From assembly GCA_963777315.1 (NCBI GenBank), contig CAVZQC010000002.1, positions 384,001 through 448,000 of the forward strand: a DNA stretch of 64,000 nucleotides, given 5' to 3'. The stretch is from Vulcanimicrobiota bacterium (lineage in GTDB: Bacteria; Vulcanimicrobiota; Vulcanimicrobiia; Vulcanimicrobiales; Vulcanimicrobiaceae). Positions 29,278 to 39,164 of the stretch are shown one piece after another (position 1 is the first letter of the stretch; each line of letters starts with the position of its first letter). A model generated the notes under the pieces. It ran no database searches. It worked only from the letters and a program-made list of their open reading frames with translations, and was not told the DNA's origin. The position numbers and the translations under genes are program-made.

Positions 29278-30993
29278 TTACCACGCGACCTTGAAAGTCC
29301 AGGCGTACGCGCCGCTGCGGCGCGCTGCGGGTGGAACGTCGACGATAAGACTGCCCGCGTGCTTGTGCCAGCGCAGCGTACCAGCGTCGTATCCCAGCAG
29401 CGTGATCGTATCGCCGGGTGCTATCGGCACGGGCGCGCGCACGGTTAGGGTCGCAGGCGGACGCGCGAGCGAGATGATGTAAAACGCGCGGTTGGGCTGT
29501 ACGGTAAAACGTAAGCTGCCCTCTGCGGGCGTGCGCCACCAGTAGTGCGAACCGTAAATAGCCTGGCCGTTCACGCGCAGCCACGCTCCGATTGCACGCA
29601 GACGCTGCTGCATGATCGCAGGAATCGTTCCGTCGGCTTTGGGGCCGATATCCAGGAGCAGATTTCCGTTTTTGCTGACCATGTCGACGAGCATCCTGAC
29701 CAGCTCGCCGGCCGTCTTGTAATCTTTGGGCTGCTCGTTGGCGTTGTAGCCGTACGAATATCCCATGCCGCGGCTGGCTTCCCATTTCTTGGCAACGGTC
29801 GTCCCGTACGTACGATATTCGGGCGTGGAGAAATCGTAAACGGTCTGCTCGCGCTCCTCGGCGCCGTCGACCCGGCAGCGATCGTCGATTGCAACGCCCG
29901 CGCCTGCGGCCAGTGCCTGATTGTAAAAGTGCGCTATCGCGCCGGCATCGTGCCAGTACGCGGGCGGCTTCTCCCATTCGCCGTCGCACCAGAGAATCTG
30001 CGGATGATAGCCGTCGACGATCTCGCGCATCTGCACCAGCATGTGATCGTCGACGTAGCTGCGGATCGGCTTGTATCCCGTATACGCGATGGGTTTGCCG
30101 GTGTAGTACTGCGGCACGGGATGATCGGTGTAGGCGGGGTTGTACCATTCGTACAGGGAGTAATACAAACCCGGGTGCAAGTCCGCGGGATGATAACGGC
30201 GCGCGGCGGCAAACAGCGCGCCGACCAAATCTCGGTGCGGCCCCATCTCGACCGCATTGCGGTGCGTCGTCGCGGTTCGAAACAGCGCAAAGCCTTCGTG
30301 GTGTTTCGAGGTGAGAACGAAATAGCGCGCACCGGCTGCATGAAAGAGATCCACCCACGCCTTGGGATCGAAACGCTGCGCGCGGAACTGCGGGATGAAC
30401 TGGTCGTACCGAGAGAGTTTTCCATGCAGCGCAAGCTGCCGCCGATACGTCGGAGAACCGCGTTTGTGCATGGCGTTCCAATACCACTCGGCATACGTGC
30501 CGACGGGAGCCCAAGCCGGCACCGAATACGCGCCCCAGTGAATGAAAATGCCGAATTTCGCAGCGTCGAACCAATCCGGTGCTTCGTGCGTTCGCAACGA
30601 TGCCGGATCGGCGGTGTATTGCGGCACGCCCAGCGTGAGCCGCACGGGCAGTGATGCCGAACAACCGCCGGCGAATGCTGCGACGATGCGGCCTTGCGCC
30701 TGCGAACCGTTGGGAACGCCGGCGGAGGTGATGCCGATCTGCACCGGCGCGCGCTCACCCGGGCCGAGTTCGTCGATCCGTCCCGGAGCAGCGGTCCGCG
30801 CGCCGTTTACGACGACGCGGACCGTCAGCGGACGATGGAAATCGATCCATTGCGAGCCGTCGTTCGAAACGGTGGCCTGTACGATTTGCTGACGGCCGTT
30901 CCCAACAGTCCATTGTTTGGTGGTCGAACGGGCCGACAGAATGCGAACCGAACACGGCAGCTGCGGCGGCGCCGACGCCGGCACCGGCGTCAT
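29278..30993 (-). CDS. GH29 alpha-L-fucosidase with N-terminal beta domain
   Basis: PDWFDAAKFGIFIHWG, YAEWY, TSKHHEGF, LWCDG, VSKNGNLLLDIGP; coupled to the regulator stop. Confidence 0.93.
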   Translation of the reverse strand: MTPVPASAPPQLPCSVRILSARSTTKQWTVGNGRQQIVQATVSNDGSQWIDFHRPLTVRVVVNGARTAAPGRIDELGPGERAPVQIGITSAGVPNGSQAQGRIVAAFAGGCSASLPVRLTLGVPQYTADPASLRTHEAPDWFDAAKFGIFIHWGAYSVPAWAPVGTYAEWYWNAMHKRGSPTYRRQLALHGKLSRYDQFIPQFRAQRFDPKAWVDLFHAAGARYFVLTSKHHEGFALFRTATTHRNAVEMGPHRDLVGALFAAARRYHPADLHPGLYYSLYEWYNPAYTDHPVPQYYTGKPIAYTGYKPIRSYVDDHMLVQMREIVDGYHPQILWCDGEWEKPPAYWHDAGAIAHFYNQALAAGAGVAIDDRCRVDGAEEREQTVYDFSTPEYRTYGTTVAKKWEASRGMGYSYGYNANEQPKDYKTAGELVRMLVDMVSKNGNLLLDIGPKADGTIPAIMQQRLRAIGAWLRVNGQAIYGSHYWWRTPAEGSLRFTVQPNRAFYIISLARPPATLTVRAPVPIAPGDTITLLGYDAGTLRWHKHAGSLIVDVPPAARRSGAYAWTFKVAW

Positions 30994-31664
30994 CCGATCG
31001 CCGCTCGCAGCCACTCTTCCACTCCGGTGATGTGGATGGTGGCCCACGAACGCGCGAGCTCTGCATTGCGCTCGGCAACGGCGTTGTACATCATGCGGTG
31101 CTCCATCAGCGAACGCTCCAGCGCGTGTTCTTGCGTCAATCCGCGCCAAACGCGCGCGCGCGTGGTGGGCGCAACCAGACCTTCGATGATCGAGCAGAGC
31201 ACTTGATTGCCCGAGCCGCTTGCGAGATGGCGATGAAACTCGATGTCGGCCTGCACGAAAGCATCGACCGGCGTATCGAGCGTCGCCTTTTCCAAGGTGA
31301 CGCCGAGGCCGGCGATCTCCTCGTCGCTCATCTGCACGGCAGCCATGGCCACCGCCGCCGGTTCGAGGATGCGCCGGACCTCGAGCAGCTGCAGCAGCGT
31401 CTTGTCGCGATGAAACTCCAGGACGAACTTCATGGCATCCAGCAGCAGCTCCGGCTCCAAGCTGGTCACATACGTGCCGTCGCCTTGCCGCACGTCCAGT
31501 ACTCGTACGAGCGCCAGCGCGCGTACGGCTTCACGCAGGGAGTTGCGCGACAATCCCAGGCGTCCGGCCAGCACCGGCTCTTTGGGCAGCCGATCGCCCG
31601 GTCGCAGTTTGCCCGTCACGATGAGGTCCTTGATTTTTTCGATGGCTTCGTCCGTCAGCGCCAT
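30990..31664 (-). CDS. FadR/GntR family transcriptional regulator (FCD domain)
   Basis: LRPGDRLPKE..LGLSRNSLREAV, RQGDGTYV, LLEVRRILE, DIEFH, EH. Confidence 0.95.
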   Translation of the reverse strand: MALTDEAIEKIKDLIVTGKLRPGDRLPKEPVLAGRLGLSRNSLREAVRALALVRVLDVRQGDGTYVTSLEPELLLDAMKFVLEFHRDKTLLQLLEVRRILEPAAVAMAAVQMSDEEIAGLGVTLEKATLDTPVDAFVQADIEFHRHLASGSGNQVLCSIIEGLVAPTTRARVWRGLTQEHALERSLMEHRMMYNAVAERNAELARSWATIHITGVEEWLRAAIG

Positions 31665-31680
31665 GGTTGGCTAAACAGTA

Positions 31681-31760
31681 TGACATCGGACTTTTGCAGC
31701 CCCGCCTAGCACGGCCGCTATTTGGGGAATCGTCGGAAAGGTGCCAAACATCGGATGACT
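31681..31760. promoter_or_regulatory. two putative FadR operator boxes (GACATCGGACTTT; AAACATCGGATGACT)
   Basis: At 31682-31694 and 31746-31760, between the regulator and the fuconate operon; motif recurs elsewhere. Confidence 0.65.
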
Positions 31761-31773
31761 GAACCTGCCCGGC

Positions 31774-33102
31774 ATGAGCCCGGTCTTTACCGCAGTGGAG
31801 ACCTTCGATCTGCGATTTCCTACCTCGAAGCAGTTCTACGGCTCGGATGCCATGAATCCCGACCCCGACTATTCCGCGGCGTACGTCATCCTGCGTACCG
31901 ATGCAGACGACGGCCACGAAGGGCACGGATTCGCCTTCACGATTGGGCGGGGCAACGACGTTCAGCTGGCCGGCATACGCGCGCTCGCGCCGCTCGTCGT
32001 CGGGGAGCCGGTCGAGCCCATTTGCGGCGACATGGGCGCATTTTGGATGCGTCTGCGCGCAGACAGTCAGCTGCGCTGGCTAGGGCCTGATAAGGGCGTC
32101 ATGCAGATGGCCATCGCGGCGGTCGTGAACGCGGTATGGGACCTGTGCGCCAAACGGGCCGGCAAACCGCTGTGGAAGCTGCTGTCCGATCTGAGCCCGG
32201 AGCGCATCGTCGAATTGGTCGATTTCCGCTATTTGACCGACGCTTTGTCCCCGGCAGAGGCGCTCGAACTGCTGCGTCGCAGCGCTGCGACGAGGGCGCA
32301 GCGCGAAGCGGCACTATTGCAGAGCGGCTATCCAGCATACACCACCTCGGCGGGCTGGCTGGGCTACACGGACGAGCAGCTGCGGCAATCGTGCGTGCAG
32401 GCTGCTCGAGCCGGATGGACGCAAGTGAAGATCAAGGTCGGCCGCGACATCGATCAAGACGCGCGCCGCTGCCGCATTGCGCGCGAAGCGATAGGCCCGC
32501 AGCGCAAGTTGATGCTCGACGCCAATCAGCGCTGGAGCGTGCCGGAGGCGATCGCGAACGTGGCGCGCTTGCGCGAATGCGATCCGTGGTGGATAGAAGA
32601 GCCCACGCACCCCGACGACGTGCTCGGGCATGCGCGCATCGCCCAGGCGATCGCTCCGATCCGGGTGGCTTGCGGCGAACATGCGCCCAATGCGATCGTT
32701 TTCAAACAGCTCATGCAAAGCCGCGCGATCGGCATCTGCCAGATCGACGCCTGCCGCTCCGGCGGCGTGAACGACGCGATCGCTACGCTGCTGCTGGCGG
32801 CAAAGTACGGCGTTCCGGTCTGTCCGCATACGGGCGGCGTGGGATTGTGCGAGCTCGCGCAGCACCTGTCGTTCTTCGACTATATCGCCGTGAGCGCGAG
32901 TCTGGACGATCGCGTCATCGAGTACGTCGACAAACTGCACGAGCATTTCATCGATCCCGCGATCGTGCGCGGCGCGAATTACGTTGTGGCCTCGCGGCCC
33001 GGATTTAGTGCGGCCATTCGGCCCGAATCGATTGCGGAGTATCAATTTCCCGACGGGCGGGCTTGGCGGGGATCCGCGCACGGCAATTTCGTGTCCCGAT
33101 GA
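31774..33102 (+). CDS. fucD: L-fuconate dehydratase (enolase superfamily)
   Basis: DLRFPTS..GSDAMNPDPDYSAAYV, FTIGRGN, SQLRWLGP, YTTSAGWLGY, KIKVG, DANQ, EEPT. Confidence 0.93.
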   Translation: MSPVFTAVETFDLRFPTSKQFYGSDAMNPDPDYSAAYVILRTDADDGHEGHGFAFTIGRGNDVQLAGIRALAPLVVGEPVEPICGDMGAFWMRLRADSQLRWLGPDKGVMQMAIAAVVNAVWDLCAKRAGKPLWKLLSDLSPERIVELVDFRYLTDALSPAEALELLRRSAATRAQREAALLQSGYPAYTTSAGWLGYTDEQLRQSCVQAARAGWTQVKIKVGRDIDQDARRCRIAREAIGPQRKLMLDANQRWSVPEAIANVARLRECDPWWIEEPTHPDDVLGHARIAQAIAPIRVACGEHAPNAIVFKQLMQSRAIGICQIDACRSGGVNDAIATLLLAAKYGVPVCPHTGGVGLCELAQHLSFFDYIAVSASLDDRVIEYVDKLHEHFIDPAIVRGANYVVASRPGFSAAIRPESIAEYQFPDGRAWRGSAHGNFVSR

Positions 33103-33866
33103 GCGCCGGGGAATTCGCCGGTTTGGCAGCCGTCGTCACGGGCGGCGCTTCGGGCATCGGACTGGCGACGGCGCAGGTGCTGGCATCACGCGGTGCGCAG
33201 GTGGCCTCGCTGGACACTGCGCACGAACCCGCGCAAAGGTATCGGAACGGCATGCTGGCAATCGCGGCAGACGTTGCGCTTGCCTCGTCGGTGAGCGCGG
33301 CAATCGAAAGCGCCGTTCGCGAGTTCGGCCGGCTCGATATCGTGGTGAACAACGCGGGAATCGGCGCCGTGGGCAGCGTCGAGGACAACGAGGACGAGCA
33401 GTGGCAGCGCGTCTGGGACGTCAACGTCGTCGGCATGGTTCGCGTCACGCGCGCGGCGCTGCCGCACCTGCGCCGATCCGCGCACGCCAGCATCGTCAAC
33501 ACCGCCTCCATCGCCGCCTCCATCGCCGCCACGGCCGGCTTGCCCAAGCGCGCCCTGTACGCCGCGACCAAAGGCGCCGTGCTGGCATTGACGCTTGCGA
33601 TGGCGGCGGATCATTTGGCCGAGGGCGTTCGCGTGAATTGCGTGAACCCGGGAACGACCGATACGCCGTGGGTGGAGCGTCTGCTCGAAGCTTCCGAAGA
33701 TCCGGCTGCACAGCGGCGCGCGCTGCAAGCGCGTCAGCCGCTCGGGCGTCTGATTTCCGCGCAAGAAGTTGCGCATGCCATAGCCTATCTCGCATCTCCC
33801 ATGTCGTCGTCGACAACCGGTACGATACTGGCCGTAGACGGGGGAATGCAGGGTTTGCGCGTGTGA
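33099..33866 (+). CDS. SDR, probable 2-keto-3-deoxy-L-fuconate dehydrogenase
   Basis: TGGASGIG, NNAG, YAATKGA, NPGTTDTPWV, RQPLGRL; operon context. Confidence 0.85.
   Translation: MSAGEFAGLAAVVTGGASGIGLATAQVLASRGAQVASLDTAHEPAQRYRNGMLAIAADVALASSVSAAIESAVREFGRLDIVVNNAGIGAVGSVEDNEDEQWQRVWDVNVVGMVRVTRAALPHLRRSAHASIVNTASIAASIAATAGLPKRALYAATKGAVLALTLAMAADHLAEGVRVNCVNPGTTDTPWVERLLEASEDPAAQRRALQARQPLGRLISAQEVAHAIAYLASPMSSSTTGTILAVDGGMQGLRV
33502..33530 (+). repeat. 12-bp tandem duplication (CCGCCTCCATCG)x2.4 within the SDR
   Basis: Read directly; gives NTASIAASIAATAG. Confidence 0.85.
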
Positions 33867-33879
33867 AGATGATCGCATC

Positions 33880-34920
33880 GTGAAACGAACCTGCGCACTT
33901 GCCGCCGGCGCCTTCGCAGTCGTCGCAATGACCGCTTGCGGCGGCGCGCACAATCACGCCTCGCAAAGATCGCAGAGCGCGGCGCCGCTTCGCATCGGCG
34001 TCGAACTGCCGTTGCTCACTTCGCCGTTTTGGCAAGCCTATAACGATTTTCTTCCGCTGTACGCGCAGCGCTACCGGCTCGCCCTTTTGCCGCCGTCGAA
34101 CGCAAACGGCGATACCGAAAAATTTCTCACCGACGTGCAGAATCTCATTACGAGCGGCGCGAACGGGCTGGTGCTTTCGCCCACCGACACCGCCGCGGTC
34201 GTTACGTCGATCGACCGCGCGGACGAACGCGGAATTCCGGTCGTGACCGTCGACGTCGCACCGGATCGCGGACGCGTGTTCATGGTGGTTCGCGCAGACA
34301 ACGCGGCGTACGGCCGCAAAGCGTGCGAGTACATCGGAGCCCGGGTGCACGCCGGCAACGTGGTGCAGATCGAAGGCGACCTCGCTTCGATCAACGGCCG
34401 CGACCGGACCGCGGCGTTCGATGCCTGCATGAAGGCGCGCTATCCGGCGCTTCGGGTGCTCGAGATCGCCGCGCAATGGGACGGCACCAAGGCCGCGCAA
34501 GGGCTGGAAACGCTGTTCGCCGCCAATCCCGACGTGCGCGCGATCTACATGCAGGCCGGCGGAGTCTATCTTTCGCCGACGCTCAGCTTCTTGCGGCGTC
34601 ACGGGGCCCTCGTCGCCGCCGGGAAGCCCGGCCATATCGTCATCGTTTCCAACGACGGCATTCCGCAAGAGCTCGACGCCATTCGCAGCGGCTGGATCGA
34701 TGCGACGGTTTCACAGCCGGCGGACGCGTACGCCAAGTACGGGCTGTACTACGTCAAAGCTGCCCTCGAGCACAAGTCGTTCGCGCCCGGGCCCACGGAC
34801 CACGGCAGCACGATCGTGCGTCTGTCCAGCGGCATGCTCGAGGACCAGCTGCCCGCACCAATCGTCACCAAAGCCAACGTCAACGACCGCGCGTTCTGGG
34901 GAAACGCGGCAGCGCGATAG
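33880..34920 (+). CDS. sugar ABC transporter substrate-binding lipoprotein
   Basis: Lipobox-like MTAC; SPFWQ, IPVVTVD, VRADN, SNDG, ATVSQP. Confidence 0.92.
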   Translation: MKRTCALAAGAFAVVAMTACGGAHNHASQRSQSAAPLRIGVELPLLTSPFWQAYNDFLPLYAQRYRLALLPPSNANGDTEKFLTDVQNLITSGANGLVLSPTDTAAVVTSIDRADERGIPVVTVDVAPDRGRVFMVVRADNAAYGRKACEYIGARVHAGNVVQIEGDLASINGRDRTAAFDACMKARYPALRVLEIAAQWDGTKAAQGLETLFAANPDVRAIYMQAGGVYLSPTLSFLRRHGALVAAGKPGHIVIVSNDGIPQELDAIRSGWIDATVSQPADAYAKYGLYYVKAALEHKSFAPGPTDHGSTIVRLSSGMLEDQLPAPIVTKANVNDRAFWGNAAAR

Positions 34921-34928
34921 GTTTGGGG

Positions 34929-36422
34929 ATGCAGCCAATTGCGGAAGCGATCGACGTCAGCAAGCGGTTCGCGAGTACGCTCGCGCTCGACCGCGCGAAC
35001 ATCGCGGTCATGCCCGGAGAACTGCACGCGCTCGTCGGCCGCAACGGTGCGGGCAAATCGACGCTCGTCGCGATTTTGACCGGATTGCTGCGGCCCGACG
35101 GCGGCCGCGTGCGACTGCACGGCGATCCGGCTCCCGCAATCGGCGACCGGCATGCCTGGGCCGCCAAAGTTGCCTGCGTCTACCAGCACTCGAAGATCGT
35201 TCCGCAGCTGTGCGTGGCGGAGAACATCTTCCTGAATCGCTACGGGCAAGGCGCGTTCATTTCGTGGCCGCGGCTGCGTTCGCGAGCTCGCGAGCTGCTG
35301 GCGGAATGGAACGTCCCCATCGACGCCGATGCGCCCGCGCACACGTTGTCGGTAGAGGAGCGCCAACTGATCGAGATCGTGCGCGCGCTTTCGTTCGGCG
35401 CGCGATTCGTGATCCTCGACGAACCGACCGCGCACCTGGAGCGCCGCGCGATCGAACGGCTCTTCGTGCATCTGCGCGCGCTACAGCGTGCCGGCGTAAC
35501 GATTCTGTTCATTTCGCACCATCTGCAGGAAGTCTACGACTTATGCGATGCGGTCACCGTCTTCCGCGACGCGCAGCGAATCTGCACGCGACGCGTCTGC
35601 GATCTTCCGCAGCAGGCGCTGATCGAAGCGATGACGGGCTCCGTTTCGCTTTCTCCGGCGCAAACCGCGCACGTCGATTCTCAGTTGCGCGCCGGCGAGC
35701 CTGCGCTGGAGGTCCACAGTTTGAACGCTCCGGGCATTCGCGACCTGCACGTGACGCTGTGGCCCGGCGAGATCGTCGGCCTAGCCGGTACGGGCGGCAG
35801 CGGCAAAACGATCGTCGCCGAAACGATTGCCGGTTTGCACAAAGCGCGCAGCGGAACCCTGCGCATCGACGGGCAGCCGGTTGCACCGGGCAGCGTACGC
35901 GCCGCTTTGCGCGCCGGCATCGGTATGGTGCCGCGCGATCGCCACGGGCAAGGCCTCGTCCTGGATCTGTCGCTTGCCGAAAACGCGACGATGACGATGG
36001 ACGATCGCCTGGGCTGGGGCGGCTTCATCGCACCGGCCGCGCGCCGGCGCGCCGCGCAGTCCGCGATAGCGAGGCTGGGTATCGTTTCCGCCGGCGCGGA
36101 CCGTCCGGTACGGGAGCTGTCCGGAGGCAATCAGCAAAAGGTCGTTTTCGCCCGAGCGCTCGCGCGAGAGCCTCGCGTGCTCATTTTGATGAATCCAACT
36201 GCCGGCATTGACGTGAAATCCAAGGAGGCGCTGCTGCGCGAAATCCATCGCGCGCGGCGCCGCGGCACCGCCGTGCTGATCGTCTCGGACGATCTCGACG
36301 ATTTGCGCGCATGCGATCGCGTCGTGGTGCTCGTCGAGGGATGCGTGCGCGCCGACATTCCCGCCGGATGGAACGATAACGCGCTGATCGCGCAGATCGA
36401 AGGCGTGGCCGCGCATGCGTGA
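34929..36422 (+). CDS. sugar ABC transporter ATP-binding protein (two NBDs)
   Basis: GRNGAGKST, ILDEPT, ISHHL, LSGGNQQKV. Confidence 0.95.
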   Translation: MQPIAEAIDVSKRFASTLALDRANIAVMPGELHALVGRNGAGKSTLVAILTGLLRPDGGRVRLHGDPAPAIGDRHAWAAKVACVYQHSKIVPQLCVAENIFLNRYGQGAFISWPRLRSRARELLAEWNVPIDADAPAHTLSVEERQLIEIVRALSFGARFVILDEPTAHLERRAIERLFVHLRALQRAGVTILFISHHLQEVYDLCDAVTVFRDAQRICTRRVCDLPQQALIEAMTGSVSLSPAQTAHVDSQLRAGEPALEVHSLNAPGIRDLHVTLWPGEIVGLAGTGGSGKTIVAETIAGLHKARSGTLRIDGQPVAPGSVRAALRAGIGMVPRDRHGQGLVLDLSLAENATMTMDDRLGWGGFIAPAARRRAAQSAIARLGIVSAGADRPVRELSGGNQQKVVFARALAREPRVLILMNPTAGIDVKSKEALLREIHRARRRGTAVLIVSDDLDDLRACDRVVVLVEGCVRADIPAGWNDNALIAQIEGVAAHA

Positions 36423-37413
36423 AGCGGCGGTTGCCGCGCGCGCCGGTTCGGCGCCGCGCCCGGCGTTGGTTCCGCTGCGTGAACTGGCACTTGTGCCCGC
36501 GCTGGGCATTTTGGTGCTGGTGGGCGCACTGTCCAATGCGCATTTTCTCGCGCCCGAAAATCTGATCGACATTTTGGGCGCCTCCTCGGCGCTCGCCCTC
36601 GTCGTGCTCGGTGAATCGCTGATTCTCATCACCGGCAAGTTCGATCTCTCGCTGGAGTCGACGGTCGGCATCGCGCCTGCGATCGGCGTGCTGCTGGTGG
36701 CGCCGCTCGTGGAGCGCGGCTGGGGCGTGGAAGCGCCCGCGTGGATCGGTTTGCTCGCGCTTTTTGCCGTCGGCGCGCTGATTGGCCTATTCAACGGCTT
36801 GCTCATCGTCAAGCTTCGCCTGAACGCGTTCATCGTGACGCTGGCGATGCTGATCGTCTTGCGCGGTTTGCTCGTCGGCTTAACGAAGGGCAACACGCTG
36901 TTCGCCGTGCCCGCTTCGTTCCTTTATCTCGGATCGCAGACGTGGCTTTTCGTCCCGGTATCGGTATGGCTGGCCGCAGCCGTGTTCGCTGCGGCGGCAT
37001 TCGTGCTGCGCTATCACCGCTACGGCCGCGCGCTGTACGCGATCGGCGGGAACGTCGAAGCGGCGCGCGCAGCGGGTATCGCGGTCGATCGCGTGACGTG
37101 GTGCGTGTTCGCGCTCGCCGGCGTGCTCGCAGCTGCAGCGGGACTGATTTTGGCCGGGCGGCTGGGAGCCGTCAGCGCGAACCAAGGCAACGGGATGATC
37201 TTTACCGTTTTTGCAGCCGCGGTGATCGGCGGGGTGAGTTTGGACGGCGGCCGCGGGACGGTATTCGGAGCGCTTACGGGCGTGCTGTTGCTGGGCGTGC
37301 TCGACGATTTGCTCACGCTCGCACAGGTGCAGACGTTTTGGATCCAAGCGATTTACGGCGCGATCATCCTGCTGGCGCTGATGCTGGCACGGATCGCGAC
37401 CGGAAAAGAGTGA
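36415..37413 (+). CDS. sugar ABC transporter permease
   Basis: GKFDLSLES, NAFIVTL, GRALYAIGGN..AARAAGI, AAVIGGVSLDGGRG. Confidence 0.95.
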   Translation: MREAAVAARAGSAPRPALVPLRELALVPALGILVLVGALSNAHFLAPENLIDILGASSALALVVLGESLILITGKFDLSLESTVGIAPAIGVLLVAPLVERGWGVEAPAWIGLLALFAVGALIGLFNGLLIVKLRLNAFIVTLAMLIVLRGLLVGLTKGNTLFAVPASFLYLGSQTWLFVPVSVWLAAAVFAAAAFVLRYHRYGRALYAIGGNVEAARAAGIAVDRVTWCVFALAGVLAAAAGLILAGRLGAVSANQGNGMIFTVFAAAVIGGVSLDGGRGTVFGALTGVLLLGVLDDLLTLAQVQTFWIQAIYGAIILLALMLARIATGKE

Positions 37414-37416
37414 GCG

Positions 37417-38319
37417 ATGATCGCGCCGCTGGGCTGCGGAGGAGCTCCGCTGGGCGGATTGTACGAGCCCGTTTCGGACGAATGTGCGCAGGCGACGCTC
37501 GAGGCCGCATGGCAGTGCGGGATCCGCTATTTCGACACGGCGCCGCTGTACGGTTTGGGTCTTTCGGAGCGCCGCCTGGGGAGGTTTCTGGCAGGCAAAC
37601 CACGCCATGCGTTTGCCGTTTCCACGAAAGTGGGCCGCGTGCTGGTCCCCGGACCGGACGGCGATTCTCGGCAGGCGCTTTTCGACTTCAGCGCGGACGG
37701 AATCCGCCGCGCGATTGAAAGCAGTCTGCAGCGCTTGGATCTCTCGTTCGTCGACATCGCGTTCATTCACGATCCGGACGCGCACGTCGATCAAGCCGTG
37801 CGCGAAGCGTTTCCGGCCGTCCGGCGGCTGCGCGACGAACGCATTGCCGGTGCCGTGGGCGTCGGCATGAATCAGTGGCAGGCTCCGGCGCGTTTCGTTC
37901 GCGAGTGCGATCCGGACGTCGTGATGATCGCCGGACGTTACACCTTGCTGGACCAAAGCGCCGGCGAAGAACTGCTCCCGCTGTGCGTCGAGCACGGCGT
38001 CGACGTTGCGGCGGCGGGCGCATTCAACAGCGGGATCCTCGCCCGGAGCGACCCGCGCGCAGGAGCGACGTACGACTACCATACGGCGCCGCCGCACATG
38101 CTCGAATCGGCTCGCCGCATCGCGGCGATTTGCGAAAGGCACGGCACGACGTTGGCCGCTGCGGCCATAGCTTTTCCGTTGAAACACCCGGCCGTTCGCA
38201 GCGTCGTGCTCGGTATGCGCTCGCCGGCCGAAGTTCGCGAGAACGTCGCATCGTTCCATAACCCGCCGCCGCAAGCGTTGTGGCTTGAACTCGCCGACGA
38301 GGGATTGATTCGCTGGTGA
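37417..38319 (+). CDS. aldo/keto reductase, probable L-fucose (D-threo-aldose) 1-dehydrogenase
   Basis: GCGGAPLGGLY, DTAPLYGLGLSE, STKVGR, HDPD, AGRYTLLDQ. Confidence 0.88.
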   Translation: MIAPLGCGGAPLGGLYEPVSDECAQATLEAAWQCGIRYFDTAPLYGLGLSERRLGRFLAGKPRHAFAVSTKVGRVLVPGPDGDSRQALFDFSADGIRRAIESSLQRLDLSFVDIAFIHDPDAHVDQAVREAFPAVRRLRDERIAGAVGVGMNQWQAPARFVRECDPDVVMIAGRYTLLDQSAGEELLPLCVEHGVDVAAAGAFNSGILARSDPRAGATYDYHTAPPHMLESARRIAAICERHGTTLAAAAIAFPLKHPAVRSVVLGMRSPAEVRENVASFHNPPPQALWLELADEGLIRW

Positions 38320-39164
38320 CGATCGTCGATGCGCATCACCATCTTTGGGATCCCGCAAAGCGGCGGTATCCGTGGATGAGCGACGATCTCGCGCCGATTC
38401 GCCGCGCGTTCACAATCGACGACCTTCGGGCTGCGTTACCCGTGCAGGTGCGCCAGACGATCCTCGTGCAGGCCGCGGCTTCGCTGGATGAAACGCGCGA
38501 GCTGCTGCGCGCCGCAAGCGGCTGCGAGCCGATAGCCGGCGTCGTCGGCTGGATCGATTTGACCGCCGACGGCGTTGCCGATTGCATCCGCGAACTGCAG
38601 AACTGCGAAGGGGGAGCGTACTTAGTCGCCATTCGCCATCAGGTGCACGACGAGCAAGATCCGGGCTGGCTCATGCGCGCCGACGTGCTGCGCGGACTGC
38701 ATGCCGTCGCCGACGCGGGCTTGGCCTTCGATCTCTTGATCCGCCCGCGAGAGTCGCCGGCGGCGCTGCAGGCCGCCCGGCGTCTTCCCGGACTGCAGTT
38801 CGTCGTCGATCACGGCGGTAAGCCCGACGTGGCGGGCGCCGCGTGGGAGCCGTGGAACTCGCATCTCCAGCAGTTGGCTGCGCTCGGCAACGCGGCGTGC
38901 AAATTGTCGGGTTTGATCACGCAGGCGTCGTGGAACGCATGGACGCCCGAGCAAATCATTCCGTACGCGCATAGGATTCTCGAGTTGTTCGGGCCGGCGC
39001 GCGTGCTGTTCGGATCGGACTGGCCGGTGTGTCTGCTGGCCGCCTCGTACGATCGCGTCGTCGATCTCGCGCAGCGTTGCGTTGCGCATCTCGCGCCGCC
39101 GGAACGTTCGGCGATATTTGCGGGCAACGCGCGGCGCATTTACCGATTGCCGCAGCCGGAATGA
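38316..39164 (+). CDS. amidohydrolase, probable L-fuconolactonase
   Basis: DAHHHLW, GVVGW, RHQVHDE, DHGGKP, KLSGL, FGSDWP. Confidence 0.9.
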   Translation: MTIVDAHHHLWDPAKRRYPWMSDDLAPIRRAFTIDDLRAALPVQVRQTILVQAAASLDETRELLRAASGCEPIAGVVGWIDLTADGVADCIRELQNCEGGAYLVAIRHQVHDEQDPGWLMRADVLRGLHAVADAGLAFDLLIRPRESPAALQAARRLPGLQFVVDHGGKPDVAGAAWEPWNSHLQQLAALGNAACKLSGLITQASWNAWTPEQIIPYAHRILELFGPARVLFGSDWPVCLLAASYDRVVDLAQRCVAHLAPPERSAIFAGNARRIYRLPQPE

